A stretch of DNA of 64,000 bases from an uncultured Oscillospiraceae bacterium (GCA_944385545.1 CALWXQ010000001.1:48697-112696); one strand, 5' to 3'. Positions 37,754 through 47,664 are shown, counted from the stretch's first letter. Translations and numbers: made by a program. Notes: generated from the sequence alone by a model not told the origin.

Positions 37754-37782
37754 TTGCATTTACGGTGGATTTCGAATATAAT
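37754..37782 (+). promoter_or_regulatory. sigma-A promoter for the smc operon
   Basis: TTGCAT-17 bp-TATAAT. Confidence 0.72.
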
Positions 37783-37818
37783 AAAATGAATTATCCTATT
37801 TTGATATGAGGTTATGCC

Positions 37819-40800
37819 GTGTATCTGAAATCATTGGAATTGCAGGGCTTTAAGTCCTTTCCCGATAAAACGCTGATCCGTTTCGGCGACGACATCACTG
37901 CCATCGTCGGGCCCAACGGTTCCGGAAAATCCAACATTTCCGACGCCATCCTCTGGGTCATGGGAGAGCAAAGCTCCAAGACCCTCCGGGGGGCGAAAAT
38001 GGAGGATGTGATCTTCGGCGGCACCCAGAAGCGGCCCGCGGTGGGCTTCGCCGAGGCGACTCTGACGCTGGACAACTCCGACCGGGCCTTGGCTTACGAT
38101 GCCGACGAGGTTATGGTTACCCGGCGGTATTACCGCTCCGGGGACAGTGAGTACTACATCAACAAGCAATCCGCCCGGCTGCGGGATATCAACGAAATGT
38201 TTATGGACACCGGCCTGGGCCGGGAGGGGTACTCCAACATCGGCCAGGGCCGTATCGACGAGATTCTCTCCCTGAAAAGCGCCGACCGCCGGGAGATCTT
38301 TGAGGAAGCGGCAGGTATCTCCAAATACCGCCACCGCAAGGAGGAGACGGAGCGCAAACTGGCCCACACCGAGGAAAATCTGCTGCGCATCGCTGACAAG
38401 GTCTCCGAGCTGGAGCTGCAGCTGGAGCCGCTGAAGCTTCAGTCGGAGAAGGCAAAGCAATATTTGGAGCTGAAGGACGAACTCAAGGGTGTGGAAGTGG
38501 CCGTATGGCTGGATACCCTGGATAAGCTCTCCGCCGCCGCCCAAAAGGCCCAGGAGGATTATGCCTCGGCGTCCTTCGTTTTGCAGCAGGCCCACGACGA
38601 GTTGGATGCGCTGTACCGGCAGACGGAGGAGCTGGGTCAGGCCCTGCGCCAGCGGGACGGGGAACTGGAAACCGTCCGGCTGAAGGTGAACATGCTCTCC
38701 GGTACCCACCAGCAGCTGGACGGACAGATGGCGGTGCTCCGGGGCAATGTGGACAACAACCGGGCCAACCTGGCCCGGATCGAAGAAGAACTGAAGGGCC
38801 AGGAGGACCGCAGCGGCGGCGTGTCCGCCCAGATCCGCCAGACCCGGGAACGGATTGAGCAGATCGAAGAAGCGTTGACCGGCAAGCGCCGGGAGCTGGA
38901 GGCCCACCAGCAGCGGCTGGCGGCCATGACCGCCAATGCCCAGGGCATCACCCGGCAGTTTTTGGAGCTGCGGGGGAAGGAATCCGATTTGGCGGCGGAC
39001 ATTGCCGGCCGTCAGGCGGATGTCCGGGGCCTGGAGGAAAGCATGATCCAGACCCGTGCCAGGCTGGAAGAACTGGATGGCGACCTGTCCTCCGGCGCGG
39101 CCCGCCGCCATGAGGCCCAAACCAATCTGGACAATTGCCGCCGGGAGCTGGAAAGCGCCCGGGAGGATGTGGCCGGGGCGAACAATTCCATCGCCGGATA
39201 TACCCTGCGGCAGAACGCCCGGGAGAAGCGCCGGGACGAGCTGCAGCAGACCCTTCGGGAGCTGACAGCCCGATTGGACGGCGTCACGGCCAAGCTGCGG
39301 GTGTTCCGGGCCATGGAGCGGGACTTTGACAGCTACAACAAAGCGGTAAAAATGGTGATGCAGGAGGCCCAGCGGGGAGCTTTGCGGAACATCCACGGCC
39401 CGGTTTCCCGTCTGATCCGCACCGAGGACAGCTACGCGATGGCTATTGAGATCGCCCTGGGCGTCGCCATGCAGCAGATCGTGGTGGACAGCGAAGCGGA
39501 CGGCAAGGCTGCCATCTCCTACCTGAAGCGCACCGGGGGCGGCCGGGCTACCTTCCTGCCGCTGACCGCCATTCAGGGCAAGAGCCTGCAGGAAACCGGC
39601 CTGGAGACTTGCCGGGGCTTTGTGGGCATCGCTTCCCGCCTGGTGACGGCGGAGCCGAAGTACCGCCAGATTGTGGACAATCTGCTGGCAAGAACGGTAA
39701 TCGTCCGGGATATGGACGCTGCCATTGCTATGTCTCAGAAATACCGGGGGCGGTTCAAGATCGTCACCCTGGACGGCCAGGTGATGAACCCCGGCGGTTC
39801 CATGACCGGCGGTTCTGTCAACAAAGACGCGGGCATCCTCTCCCGGGCCAACGAGCTGGAGAAGCTTGCCGCCCAGGAAAAGCAGCTGACCCAGGATCAG
39901 ATGGTAACGGAAGCGGAGCTTCAGGAGGCCCAGCGCCAGTTTGACCAGGTTGCCTTCCAGATGAATACCGCCCGAGATCAGCTCCGGGAGGCGGAGGATC
40001 GGGTGCTGCGGCTGCAAGGTCAGGAGAAGCAGCATGAGATCCTTCTGGGCGCCATTTTGGAGGCGGAGGCCTCCGCCAAGCGGGAGCGGGACGCCTTGAA
40101 TGAGCGAAGCCGCACCGACCGGGAGCGCTACGCCGCCCAGCAGGCCAAGATCCAGGTCTACACCCAGCAGCTGCTGGAGGCCAGGCAGACCCTGGCCCAG
40201 CTGGAGGGCAGCCAGACCGAGGCGGCGGAGGAAACCAATGCCATCACCGAAACCATGACCGCTCTGCGCACCGAGGAAGCGGCCCTGGACGCCGAGCGAA
40301 CCACGGCCCTGGCCCATATCCAGGATCTGCAAAGCCTCTGCGCCGCCATGGAAGGCGACCGGGAGAAGAAGCTGGCCCTGATGGATACCATTCAGGCGGA
40401 ATCCGCCCGGCTGGAGGAGGAGATCGCCGGACTGAAGGTTCGCCAGCAGGAAAACGACGCCCAAAGCGCCCAGATGAACCAGCAGCTGAAAAAGACCATG
40501 ACGGAGCGCTCCCAGGCGGAAGCGGCCAAGACCCGCTGCGAACGGGAGGCCCAGGAGAAGAACAAGGACATTCTGAACATGGAGCGGGCCTGCGCCCTGC
40601 TGGAGCAGAAGAAGGTCACCTCCGCCATGGAGGAGCGGCAGATCATCGATAAGCTCTGGGATACCTACGGCCTGACCCCCGGCACCGCGGCGGAGCATCG
40701 GGGCCAGATCGAAAACGTGGCCTCCGGCAACCGCCGCAGCGCCGAGCTGAAGCGGAAGATCGCCGCCCTGGGTACCCCCAACCTGGGAGCCATTGAGGAA

Positions 40801-41391
40801 TACGCCCGGGTGAATGAACGCTACAGCTATCTGGCAGGCCAGCGGGACGATGTTCTGGGAGCCAAGCGGGAGCTGGAGAGCGTGATCCGGGACATCGTCA
40901 AGGAAATGACCACCATTTTCGTGACGGAATTCGGAAAGATCGACCACTATTTCGGTCAGACCTTTGAAGAAATGTTCGGCGGCGGCAAGGGCCAGCTGAT
41001 CCTGGAGGATCCGGAGAATCCCCTGACCTGCGGCATTGAGATCCGGGTTCAGCCTCCGGGAAAGCAGGTTAAGACCATCACCTTGCTGTCCGGCGGCGAG
41101 AAAGCCTTTGTGGCAACGGCGCTGTACTTTGCCATATTGAAGGTGCGGCCTACGCCCTTTTGTCTGCTGGACGAGATTGACGCGGCCCTGGATGACCGGA
41201 ACGTGGAGCGCTTTGCCAGCTATCTGCACAATCTGGCCAGACAGACTCAGTTTATTGTCATTACCCACCGCCGGGGTACCATGGAGGCGGCGGATGTGCT
41301 CTACGGCGTGACCATGCAGGAGCAGGGCGTCAGCAAGCTGCTGCGGCTGGATCTGAACCAGATGGAGCAGTACCTGGGCCTTGTGGAATAA
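37819..41391 (+). CDS. smc: chromosome segregation protein SMC
   Basis: GFKSF, VGPNGSGKSNISDA, coiled coils, hinge GRATFLPL/GGSMTGG, LSGGEK, LDEIDAALD. Confidence 0.98.
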   Translation: MYLKSLELQGFKSFPDKTLIRFGDDITAIVGPNGSGKSNISDAILWVMGEQSSKTLRGAKMEDVIFGGTQKRPAVGFAEATLTLDNSDRALAYDADEVMVTRRYYRSGDSEYYINKQSARLRDINEMFMDTGLGREGYSNIGQGRIDEILSLKSADRREIFEEAAGISKYRHRKEETERKLAHTEENLLRIADKVSELELQLEPLKLQSEKAKQYLELKDELKGVEVAVWLDTLDKLSAAAQKAQEDYASASFVLQQAHDELDALYRQTEELGQALRQRDGELETVRLKVNMLSGTHQQLDGQMAVLRGNVDNNRANLARIEEELKGQEDRSGGVSAQIRQTRERIEQIEEALTGKRRELEAHQQRLAAMTANAQGITRQFLELRGKESDLAADIAGRQADVRGLEESMIQTRARLEELDGDLSSGAARRHEAQTNLDNCRRELESAREDVAGANNSIAGYTLRQNAREKRRDELQQTLRELTARLDGVTAKLRVFRAMERDFDSYNKAVKMVMQEAQRGALRNIHGPVSRLIRTEDSYAMAIEIALGVAMQQIVVDSEADGKAAISYLKRTGGGRATFLPLTAIQGKSLQETGLETCRGFVGIASRLVTAEPKYRQIVDNLLARTVIVRDMDAAIAMSQKYRGRFKIVTLDGQVMNPGGSMTGGSVNKDAGILSRANELEKLAAQEKQLTQDQMVTEAELQEAQRQFDQVAFQMNTARDQLREAEDRVLRLQGQEKQHEILLGAILEAEASAKRERDALNERSRTDRERYAAQQAKIQVYTQQLLEARQTLAQLEGSQTEAAEETNAITETMTALRTEEAALDAERTTALAHIQDLQSLCAAMEGDREKKLALMDTIQAESARLEEEIAGLKVRQQENDAQSAQMNQQLKKTMTERSQAEAAKTRCEREAQEKNKDILNMERACALLEQKKVTSAMEERQIIDKLWDTYGLTPGTAAEHRGQIENVASGNRRSAELKRKIAALGTPNLGAIEEYARVNERYSYLAGQRDDVLGAKRELESVIRDIVKEMTTIFVTEFGKIDHYFGQTFEEMFGGGKGQLILEDPENPLTCGIEIRVQPPGKQVKTITLLSGGEKAFVATALYFAILKVRPTPFCLLDEIDAALDDRNVERFASYLHNLARQTQFIVITHRRGTMEAADVLYGVTMQEQGVSKLLRLDLNQMEQYLGLVE

Positions 41392-41467
41392 AGGGAATCT
41401 GTGAAGCAACGGGCTGCGGCTTATGCCGAAGGCTTTCGGCGTCCGCTCCCGCCGCGTTCATCAAAGG
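41392..41467. repeat. degenerate short copy of the MITE immediately after the smc stop
   Basis: AGGGAATCTGTGAAGCAACGGGCTGCGGCTTATGCCG resembles the left arm; TCGGCGTCCGCTCCCGCCGCGTTCATCAAAGG resembles the right arm. Confidence 0.55.
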
Positions 41468-41522
41468 CGAAAATGGATAGAAATTGCCCCTTGGGGCAAA
41501 GGATACAGGGAAGGAAATGTAC

Positions 41523-42428
41523 ATGGGTTTTTTTGACAAAATCAAGGCTGGTCTGACCAAGACCAGGGACGCGCTGAACAGCACCCTGGGCAGCGTGTTC
41601 ACCGGCTTTTCGGAAATCGACGATGACTTTTATGACGAGCTGGAGGAGAGCCTGATTCTGGCGGATCTGGGTGTGGAGACCTCCACCAAGGCTGTGGAAC
41701 GGCTGCGTAAGGCGGTGCGGGAGCAGCACCTGAAGACCCCCGAGGAAGCGAAAACCGCGCTGAAGGAGATCCTGACGGATATGCTCAATGTAGGCGATAC
41801 CGCTCTGAATCTCGCCACCACCCCCTCGGTGATCCTGGTGATCGGGGTTAACGGCGTGGGTAAGACCACCACCATCGGCAAGCTGGCAAAGCAGCTGACC
41901 GATCAGGGGAAGAAGGTGCTGATGGTGGCAGGCGATACCTTCCGGGCTGCCGCCGCGGATCAGCTGGAAATCTGGGCAGGCCGGAGCGGCGCTGCCATCG
42001 TCCGTCAGCATGAGGGCGCGGATCCGGCTTCGGTGGTCTATGACGGCATCCAGGCCGCCAAGGCAAGAAATGTGGATGTGATCCTCATCGACACCGCCGG
42101 ACGGCTCCACAACAAGACCAATCTGATGAACGAGCTGAATAAGATCAGCCGCATCGTGGAGCGGGAGCTGCCCCAGGCAGCTAAGGAGGTGCTGCTGGTG
42201 CTGGACGGAACCACCGGCCAGAACGGTCTGGTTCAGGCCAGACAGTTTAAGGAGATTGCCGGCGTCACCGCCATTGCCCTGACCAAGCTGGACGGAACCG
42301 CCAAGGGCGGCATCGTCATTGCCGTGGCGGACGCTTTGCAGATTCCGGTGAAGTTCGTCGGCGTGGGAGAGCAGGCGGACGATCTGATGGGCTTTGTAGC
42401 CAGAGATTTTGTGGAGGCATTGATTTAA
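41523..42428 (+). CDS. ftsY: SRP receptor FtsY
   Basis: MGFFDKIKAGL, GVNGVGKTTTIGK, DTFRAAA, DTAGR, TKLDGTAKGG. Confidence 0.97.
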   Translation: MGFFDKIKAGLTKTRDALNSTLGSVFTGFSEIDDDFYDELEESLILADLGVETSTKAVERLRKAVREQHLKTPEEAKTALKEILTDMLNVGDTALNLATTPSVILVIGVNGVGKTTTIGKLAKQLTDQGKKVLMVAGDTFRAAAADQLEIWAGRSGAAIVRQHEGADPASVVYDGIQAAKARNVDVILIDTAGRLHNKTNLMNELNKISRIVERELPQAAKEVLLVLDGTTGQNGLVQARQFKEIAGVTAIALTKLDGTAKGGIVIAVADALQIPVKFVGVGEQADDLMGFVARDFVEALI

Positions 42429-42431
42429 AGA

Positions 42432-43037
42432 ATGAAAGTTGTACTTGCCAGTAAAAATAAACACAAGCTTCAGGAGATCAGCAAGATTACCCAGAAGTTT
42501 GATATCCAGCTGGTGCTGGAGTCGGAGCTGGGGATCGATATCGACGTGGAGGAAACCGGAACAACCTTTGAGGAAAATTCCTTCCTCAAGGCCAACGCAG
42601 TGATGCAGGCCACGGGACTGCCGGCCTTGGCCGACGATTCCGGCATTGCGGTGGACGCCCTCAACGGCGAGCCGGGGATCTACTCCGCCCGGTACGGCTT
42701 TGACGATTCTCTGGACGATTGGGGCAGGCTCCTACTGCTGCTGAAAAATACGGAGCATGTCCCCGACGGCCATCGTCAGGCCCAGTTCGTTTGCGTCATC
42801 ACCTTGGTGACACCCCAGGGCCAGGTGATCCAGGCCAGAGGCGAGATTCACGGCCAGCTGCTTCGGGCGCCCGCCGGCACCGGCGGCTTCGGCTATGATC
42901 CCATTTTCTACTATCCGCCCTATGGCAAGACCTTGGCGGAGGTATCGGCGGAGGAAAAGAATCAGGTTTCCCATCGGGCGAATGCCCTGAGAGCGTTTTA
43001 CGAAAAAATGAAGGAGGCAGGATATGCTGACAAGTAA
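42432..43037 (+). CDS. rdgB: non-canonical purine NTP pyrophosphatase (RdgB/HAM1)
   Basis: ASKNKHK, EETGTTFEEN, ADDSG, PGIYSARY, GFGYDPIF, SHR. Confidence 0.95.
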   Translation: MKVVLASKNKHKLQEISKITQKFDIQLVLESELGIDIDVEETGTTFEENSFLKANAVMQATGLPALADDSGIAVDALNGEPGIYSARYGFDDSLDDWGRLLLLLKNTEHVPDGHRQAQFVCVITLVTPQGQVIQARGEIHGQLLRAPAGTGGFGYDPIFYYPPYGKTLAEVSAEEKNQVSHRANALRAFYEKMKEAGYADK

Positions 43038-43494
43038 AGAGCGGGCGGCGCTGCGTTCCCAGTCCAATAACCTGGAAACCACATTGATGGTGGGCAAGGA
43101 CGGCGTTACCCAGGCGGTGATCGACGAAGCGGATAGACTTCTTACCGCCCGGGAGCTGGTGAAGGGCAAGGTGCTGGAGACGGCGCTGATGAGCCCCCGG
43201 GAGGTCAGCGATGCCATTTGCCAGGCCACCGGCGCTCAGGGGATTTCCTGCGTAGGCGCCAAGTTCGTTATCTGGCGCTTCAGCGAAAAGTGTCAAGAGG
43301 CCCGGAACCAGACCGGCCGGGCCAAGCGCAAAGAGGTTCCCAAGAGCAAAGCCGATCCCGTGGGCAAGGGGATCCGGGCCAGACGGGCGGCTGCCCAGAA
43401 GGTGCGGGAGCAGCGCAACCAGTACTTCCGGGAGAAGGCCATTGAGCGGGCCATTGAACGGGATCGGGAGAGACAGCTTCGGGAGCAGAAATGA
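43024..43494 (+). CDS. yhbY: YhbY/CRM-domain RNA-binding protein with basic C-terminal extension
   Basis: MLTSKERAALRS, VGKDGV, RELVKGKVL. Confidence 0.85.
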   Translation: MLTSKERAALRSQSNNLETTLMVGKDGVTQAVIDEADRLLTARELVKGKVLETALMSPREVSDAICQATGAQGISCVGAKFVIWRFSEKCQEARNQTGRAKRKEVPKSKADPVGKGIRARRAAAQKVREQRNQYFREKAIERAIERDRERQLREQK

Positions 43495-43573
43495 ATTCGC
43501 TTAGGGCGGCGGTTTGCTGACAAAACAGATACAGCGCCGTTTCCCTTGATGGAAATCTGCAAGGAGGGCGCGT

Positions 43574-44764
43574 ATGGAACGAATCGGCATTTTCGGCGGG
43601 ACATTTAACCCACCCCACATCGGGCATATCCAGGCGGCGAAGCAGGCAATGGCAGCTCTGAAGCTGGACAGGCTCATCCTGATCCCGGACAACATGGCGC
43701 CCCACAAGGCGCTGCCGCCCAATTCCCCCACCGGCTGGCAGCGGCTGGACATGCTGCGCCTGGCGGTGCAGGATTGCCCCGGGATCCAGGTCTCGGATCT
43801 GGAACTGCGGCGGGAAGGGGTCAGCTACACTGTGGATACCATTGCCCAGCTGCGGCAGCTGCATCCGAAAGCGAAGCTGTATTTGCTCATGGGGACGGAC
43901 ATGTTCCTGTGCTTCCAAAACTGGTACCATTGGAAGCAGATCCTGGAGGATGTGACCCTGGGGGTTTTCTGCCGGGGTGCGTCCCACGAGCCTGCCGCCC
44001 TGGAACAGAAACAGACGGAGCTGAAAAAACTGGGGGCCAAGGTGGAGCTGGTGGAAAATGAGGTGGTGAGCATCTCCTCCACCCAAATGCGCCGTCTGCT
44101 GGCCTTCCACTGCGCCGAGATCTTCCTGCCCCAAGGGGTGGGGGACTATATCAGCCGAAACGGTCTGTACGATGTAAACGCCCATTGGAAGCAGCTGCCC
44201 ATGGAACAGCTGGAGCAGGTGGTGGTGCGTCTGCTGAACCCCAACCGGGTGGCCCATGTGCTGGGCTGCCGGGATACGGCGGTGGAGCTGGCAAAGCACT
44301 GGGGAGCCAACACCACCGACGCCGCCCGGGCGGGCATCCTCCACGACATTACCAAGGCATTGGACGGCCCCCTGCAATTGACATTGTGCGCGGCCCATGG
44401 TACAATACTCAATGATTTTTCCAGAAAATACCCCAAAACTCTCCATGCCCTCACCGGCGCCCTGGTAGCGGAGCGGATCTTTGGGGAGAATGAAGCGGTG
44501 GTATCCGCCATCCGCTACCACACCACCGGGAAGGCGGCGATGAATCTGCTGGAAACCATCATCTATGTGGCGGATTACATGGAGCCGAACCGGAACTTCC
44601 CCGGGGTGGAAAAGCTCCGCCATCTGGCCTATACCGACCTCCAGAGCGCTCTGCGGCTGGGGCTTGAAATGACCATGGAGCATTTGAAGCGGCAGGGCAA
44701 CGCCCTGTCTCCGGAATCCAAAGAAGCGCTGGCCTACCTGAGCAGTCATCAGACGCCGGTTTAG
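43574..44764 (+). CDS. nadD: fused nicotinate-nucleotide adenylyltransferase / YqeK HD-domain Ap4A hydrolase
   Basis: N-terminal GGTFNPPHIGH, SYTVDT, MGTD, ISSTQMR. C-terminal RVAHVLG, LHDITK, HTTG, ADYMEPNR. Confidence 0.92.
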   Translation: MERIGIFGGTFNPPHIGHIQAAKQAMAALKLDRLILIPDNMAPHKALPPNSPTGWQRLDMLRLAVQDCPGIQVSDLELRREGVSYTVDTIAQLRQLHPKAKLYLLMGTDMFLCFQNWYHWKQILEDVTLGVFCRGASHEPAALEQKQTELKKLGAKVELVENEVVSISSTQMRRLLAFHCAEIFLPQGVGDYISRNGLYDVNAHWKQLPMEQLEQVVVRLLNPNRVAHVLGCRDTAVELAKHWGANTTDAARAGILHDITKALDGPLQLTLCAAHGTILNDFSRKYPKTLHALTGALVAERIFGENEAVVSAIRYHTTGKAAMNLLETIIYVADYMEPNRNFPGVEKLRHLAYTDLQSALRLGLEMTMEHLKRQGNALSPESKEALAYLSSHQTPV

Positions 44765-44798
44765 AGTACTTTATAGAAAGGATAGAAAGGACGAGGTT

Positions 44799-45149
44799 AT
44801 GTTAACACCGAAACAAATCGCTTACGAAGTGACCAAGGCGTTGGATGCCAAAAAGGGCCTGGATATCAAGCTGCTGAAGATCGATCAGGTCAGCTCTCTG
44901 GCGGATTACTTTCTGATCTGCACCGGCACCTCCAATACCCATGTCAAGACCCTTTGCGACTATGCTGAGTATACCCTGGAGAACCTGGGTGAGCACATGC
45001 TGGGCCGGGAAGGCCACCGGGGCAATTCCTGGGAGCTGCTGGACTATGGCAGCATTGTGATCCATGTCTTTACTGAGGACGCCCGGAAGTTCTATGATCT
45101 GGAACGGCTGTGGGCCGACGCGGAAGCCGTTGACTTAGAGAACCTCTGA
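44799..45149 (+). CDS. rsfS: ribosome silencing factor RsfS
   Basis: ALDAKKG, ADYFLICTG, WELLDYG, VIHVF, FYDLERLW. Confidence 0.95.
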   Translation: MLTPKQIAYEVTKALDAKKGLDIKLLKIDQVSSLADYFLICTGTSNTHVKTLCDYAEYTLENLGEHMLGREGHRGNSWELLDYGSIVIHVFTEDARKFYDLERLWADAEAVDLENL

Positions 45150-45196
45150 ATCAATCATCTGTGGCTTACGCCTAAATCTTTTGCCCCATCCGCGCA
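45135..45196. repeat. left-arm fragment of the MITE overlapping the rsfS 3' end
   Basis: TTAGAGAACCTCTGAATCAATC...TCTTTTGCCCCATCCGCGCA; about 48/62 gapless identity to 4089-4150. Confidence 0.82.
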
Positions 45197-45240
45197 TCCG
45201 CGGAAGCAGGGCGAACCATTGCGATTACGAGGTGTTTGTA

Positions 45241-47664
45241 ATGAATTACGATTACTCCGCCATTGAGGCAAAATGGCACAAATACTGGGAGGAAAACAAT
45301 ACCTTTGCCACGGACGTGTGGGATTTTTCCAAGCCGAAATACTATGTGCTGGACATGTTCCCGTACCCTTCCGGCGTAGGTCTCCACGCCGGCCATCCCG
45401 AGGGCTACACCGCCACTGACATCGTCTCCCGGATGAAACGGATGCAGGGCTACAATGTGCTGCATCCCATGGGCTACGATTCCTTCGGCCTGCCCGCGGA
45501 GCAGTACGCTGTTTCCACCGGCAACCATCCCAACGGCTTTACCCAGGAGAACATCCAAACCTTCTCCAGCCAGCTCAAGGAGCTGGGCTTTGACTACGAC
45601 TGGTCCAAGGTCATCGCCACCTCTGACCCGGAGTTTTACAAGTGGACACAGTGGATTTTCAAGAAGCTGTGGGAGGCGGGCTATGCCAAGCGCATTGAAA
45701 TGCCGGTGAACTGGTGCGAGGAGCTGGGTACCGTCCTGAGCAACGACGAGGTCATTGACGGCAAGTCCGAGCGGGGCGGCTATCCTGTGGTGAAGAAGAA
45801 CATGATGCAATGGGTCATCGATCAGCCTGCCTTTGCCGAGAAGCTGCTGGAAGGCCTGGAGGAAGTGGACTGGCCGGAGTCCACCAAGGAGATCCAACGC
45901 AACTGGATCGGCAAGTCCACCGGTGTGGAGGTGGACTTCCAACTGGTGGGCGGCGGTGAATTCTCCATCTACACCACCTGTATCGAAACCATTTACGGCA
46001 TCACCTTCATGGTGCTGGCGCCTGACGGCAAGATCGTCCAGTCCCTCATGGATCGCGTGGAGAACAAGGAAGAAGTACAGGCGTATATCGACGAGACCGT
46101 TAAAAAAAGCGACATGGATCGCACCGAGCTGAACAAGACCAAGTCCGGCTGCCGCCTCCAGGGCGTATACGCCATCAACCCTGCCAACGGCAAGCAGGTG
46201 CCGGTATTTATCGGCGACTTCGTGCTGGCAAACTACGGCACCGGCGCTGTTATGGCGGTTCCCAGCCACGATCAGCGTGACTTTGAGTACGCCGTTGCCC
46301 ACGATATTCCCATGCTCCAGGTCATCGACGGCCGGGACGTCAGCGAAGCTGCCTTTGAGAAGCAGGATTATCTGGGCAAGGGCTGCAAGCTGATCAACTC
46401 CCAGGAGTTCACCGGCCTGACGGTGGAGGAGGCCAAGGAGGCCATCACCTGTAAGCTGGAGAAGGCCGGGGTTGCCAGAAGAAAGAACAACTACCATTTC
46501 CGGGAGTGGATCTTCGCCCGCCAGCGTTACTGGGGCGAACCGGTACCCTGCGTCTATACCGACAGCGGCGAGACGGTGTTTCTGCCGGATGAGGAACTGC
46601 CCCTGATCCTGCCGGAGCTGGAGGATTACAAGGGCCGCAACGGCCAGGCGCCTCTGGAAAATGCCACCGAGTGGAAGCGCTATGAGGCCAACGGCATCAA
46701 GGGCGTCCGGGAAACCTCCACCATGCCCGGCAGCGCCGGATCTTCCTGGTACTACATGCGCTACATCGATCCCAAAAACGACAAGGTCTTCTGCGACCCG
46801 GTGCTGCTGAAGCATTGGATGCCTGTGGATCTGTATGTGGGCGGCCCGGAGCACGCTGTGGGCCACCTGATGTACTCCCGGATCTGGAACCGCTTCCTGT
46901 ATGACCAGGGGCTGTCTCCTGTGAAGGAGCCGTTTCAGAAGCTGGTGCACCAGGGCATGATCCTGGGTGAGAACGGCATCAAAATGGGCAAGCGGTATCC
47001 GGAATACGTGGTCAATCCCAGCGACATCGTCCGGGATTACGGCGCGGATACCCTGCGGCTGTACGAGATGTTCATGGGCCCCTTGGAGGTGTCCAAGCCC
47101 TGGAGCGCCACCGGCGTTGCCGGCGCCAAGAAGTTCATCAACCGTGTGTGGAACTTCTTCAGCCAGACCGACAACATTACCGAGACCGACGACGGCAAGC
47201 TGACCAAGATCTACCACCAGACCGTGAAGAAGGTCACCTCTGACTTTGAGAGCCTGGGCTTCAATACCGCCATTGCTCAGATGATGGTGTTTGTCAACGA
47301 GGTGTACAAAAACGGCTCCTGCCCCAGGGCCTATGCCGAGGGCTTTATCAAGATGATTTCCTGCGTTATTCCCCATGTGGGCGAGGAGCTGTGGCAGATT
47401 CTGGGCCATGACAAGACCATTGCCTACGAACCCTGGCCTGTTTACGAGGAGGAAAAGTGCAAGGAAAGCCAAATCACCTTCGCGGTGCAGGTCAACGGAA
47501 AGCTGCGCGGCACCGTAGTGATGGCTGCCGACCTGGACGACGAGACGGTGCTGGCCAATGTGCTGGCCAACGAGAAGATCCAGGCCTTCCTGCTCAAAAA
47601 CGGCGGCCAGATCCGCAAGACCATTGTGGTCAAGAACAAGCTGGTGAACCTCATCGTCAAGTAA
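45241..47664 (+). CDS. leuS: leucyl-tRNA synthetase
   Basis: DMFPYPSG..LHAGH, FGLPAEQYA, NWIGKS, GTGAVMAVPSHDQRD, RQRYWGEP, GGPEHAVGHL, YGADTLRLYEMF, VQVNGKLR. Confidence 0.97.
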   Translation: MNYDYSAIEAKWHKYWEENNTFATDVWDFSKPKYYVLDMFPYPSGVGLHAGHPEGYTATDIVSRMKRMQGYNVLHPMGYDSFGLPAEQYAVSTGNHPNGFTQENIQTFSSQLKELGFDYDWSKVIATSDPEFYKWTQWIFKKLWEAGYAKRIEMPVNWCEELGTVLSNDEVIDGKSERGGYPVVKKNMMQWVIDQPAFAEKLLEGLEEVDWPESTKEIQRNWIGKSTGVEVDFQLVGGGEFSIYTTCIETIYGITFMVLAPDGKIVQSLMDRVENKEEVQAYIDETVKKSDMDRTELNKTKSGCRLQGVYAINPANGKQVPVFIGDFVLANYGTGAVMAVPSHDQRDFEYAVAHDIPMLQVIDGRDVSEAAFEKQDYLGKGCKLINSQEFTGLTVEEAKEAITCKLEKAGVARRKNNYHFREWIFARQRYWGEPVPCVYTDSGETVFLPDEELPLILPELEDYKGRNGQAPLENATEWKRYEANGIKGVRETSTMPGSAGSSWYYMRYIDPKNDKVFCDPVLLKHWMPVDLYVGGPEHAVGHLMYSRIWNRFLYDQGLSPVKEPFQKLVHQGMILGENGIKMGKRYPEYVVNPSDIVRDYGADTLRLYEMFMGPLEVSKPWSATGVAGAKKFINRVWNFFSQTDNITETDDGKLTKIYHQTVKKVTSDFESLGFNTAIAQMMVFVNEVYKNGSCPRAYAEGFIKMISCVIPHVGEELWQILGHDKTIAYEPWPVYEEEKCKESQITFAVQVNGKLRGTVVMAADLDDETVLANVLANEKIQAFLLKNGGQIRKTIVVKNKLVNLIVK

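Noticed and set aside
37831-41409. 1192-aa antisense ORF over smc, and similar long antisense ORFs over leuS, capD and several GTs
   Set aside because: Shadow ORFs expected from GC-rich codon bias. They mirror well-supported genes and show no recognisable motifs.
45150-45240. T-box leader for leuS
   Set aside because: The spacer is only about 90 bp, about half is MITE remnant, and no T-box consensus is visible.
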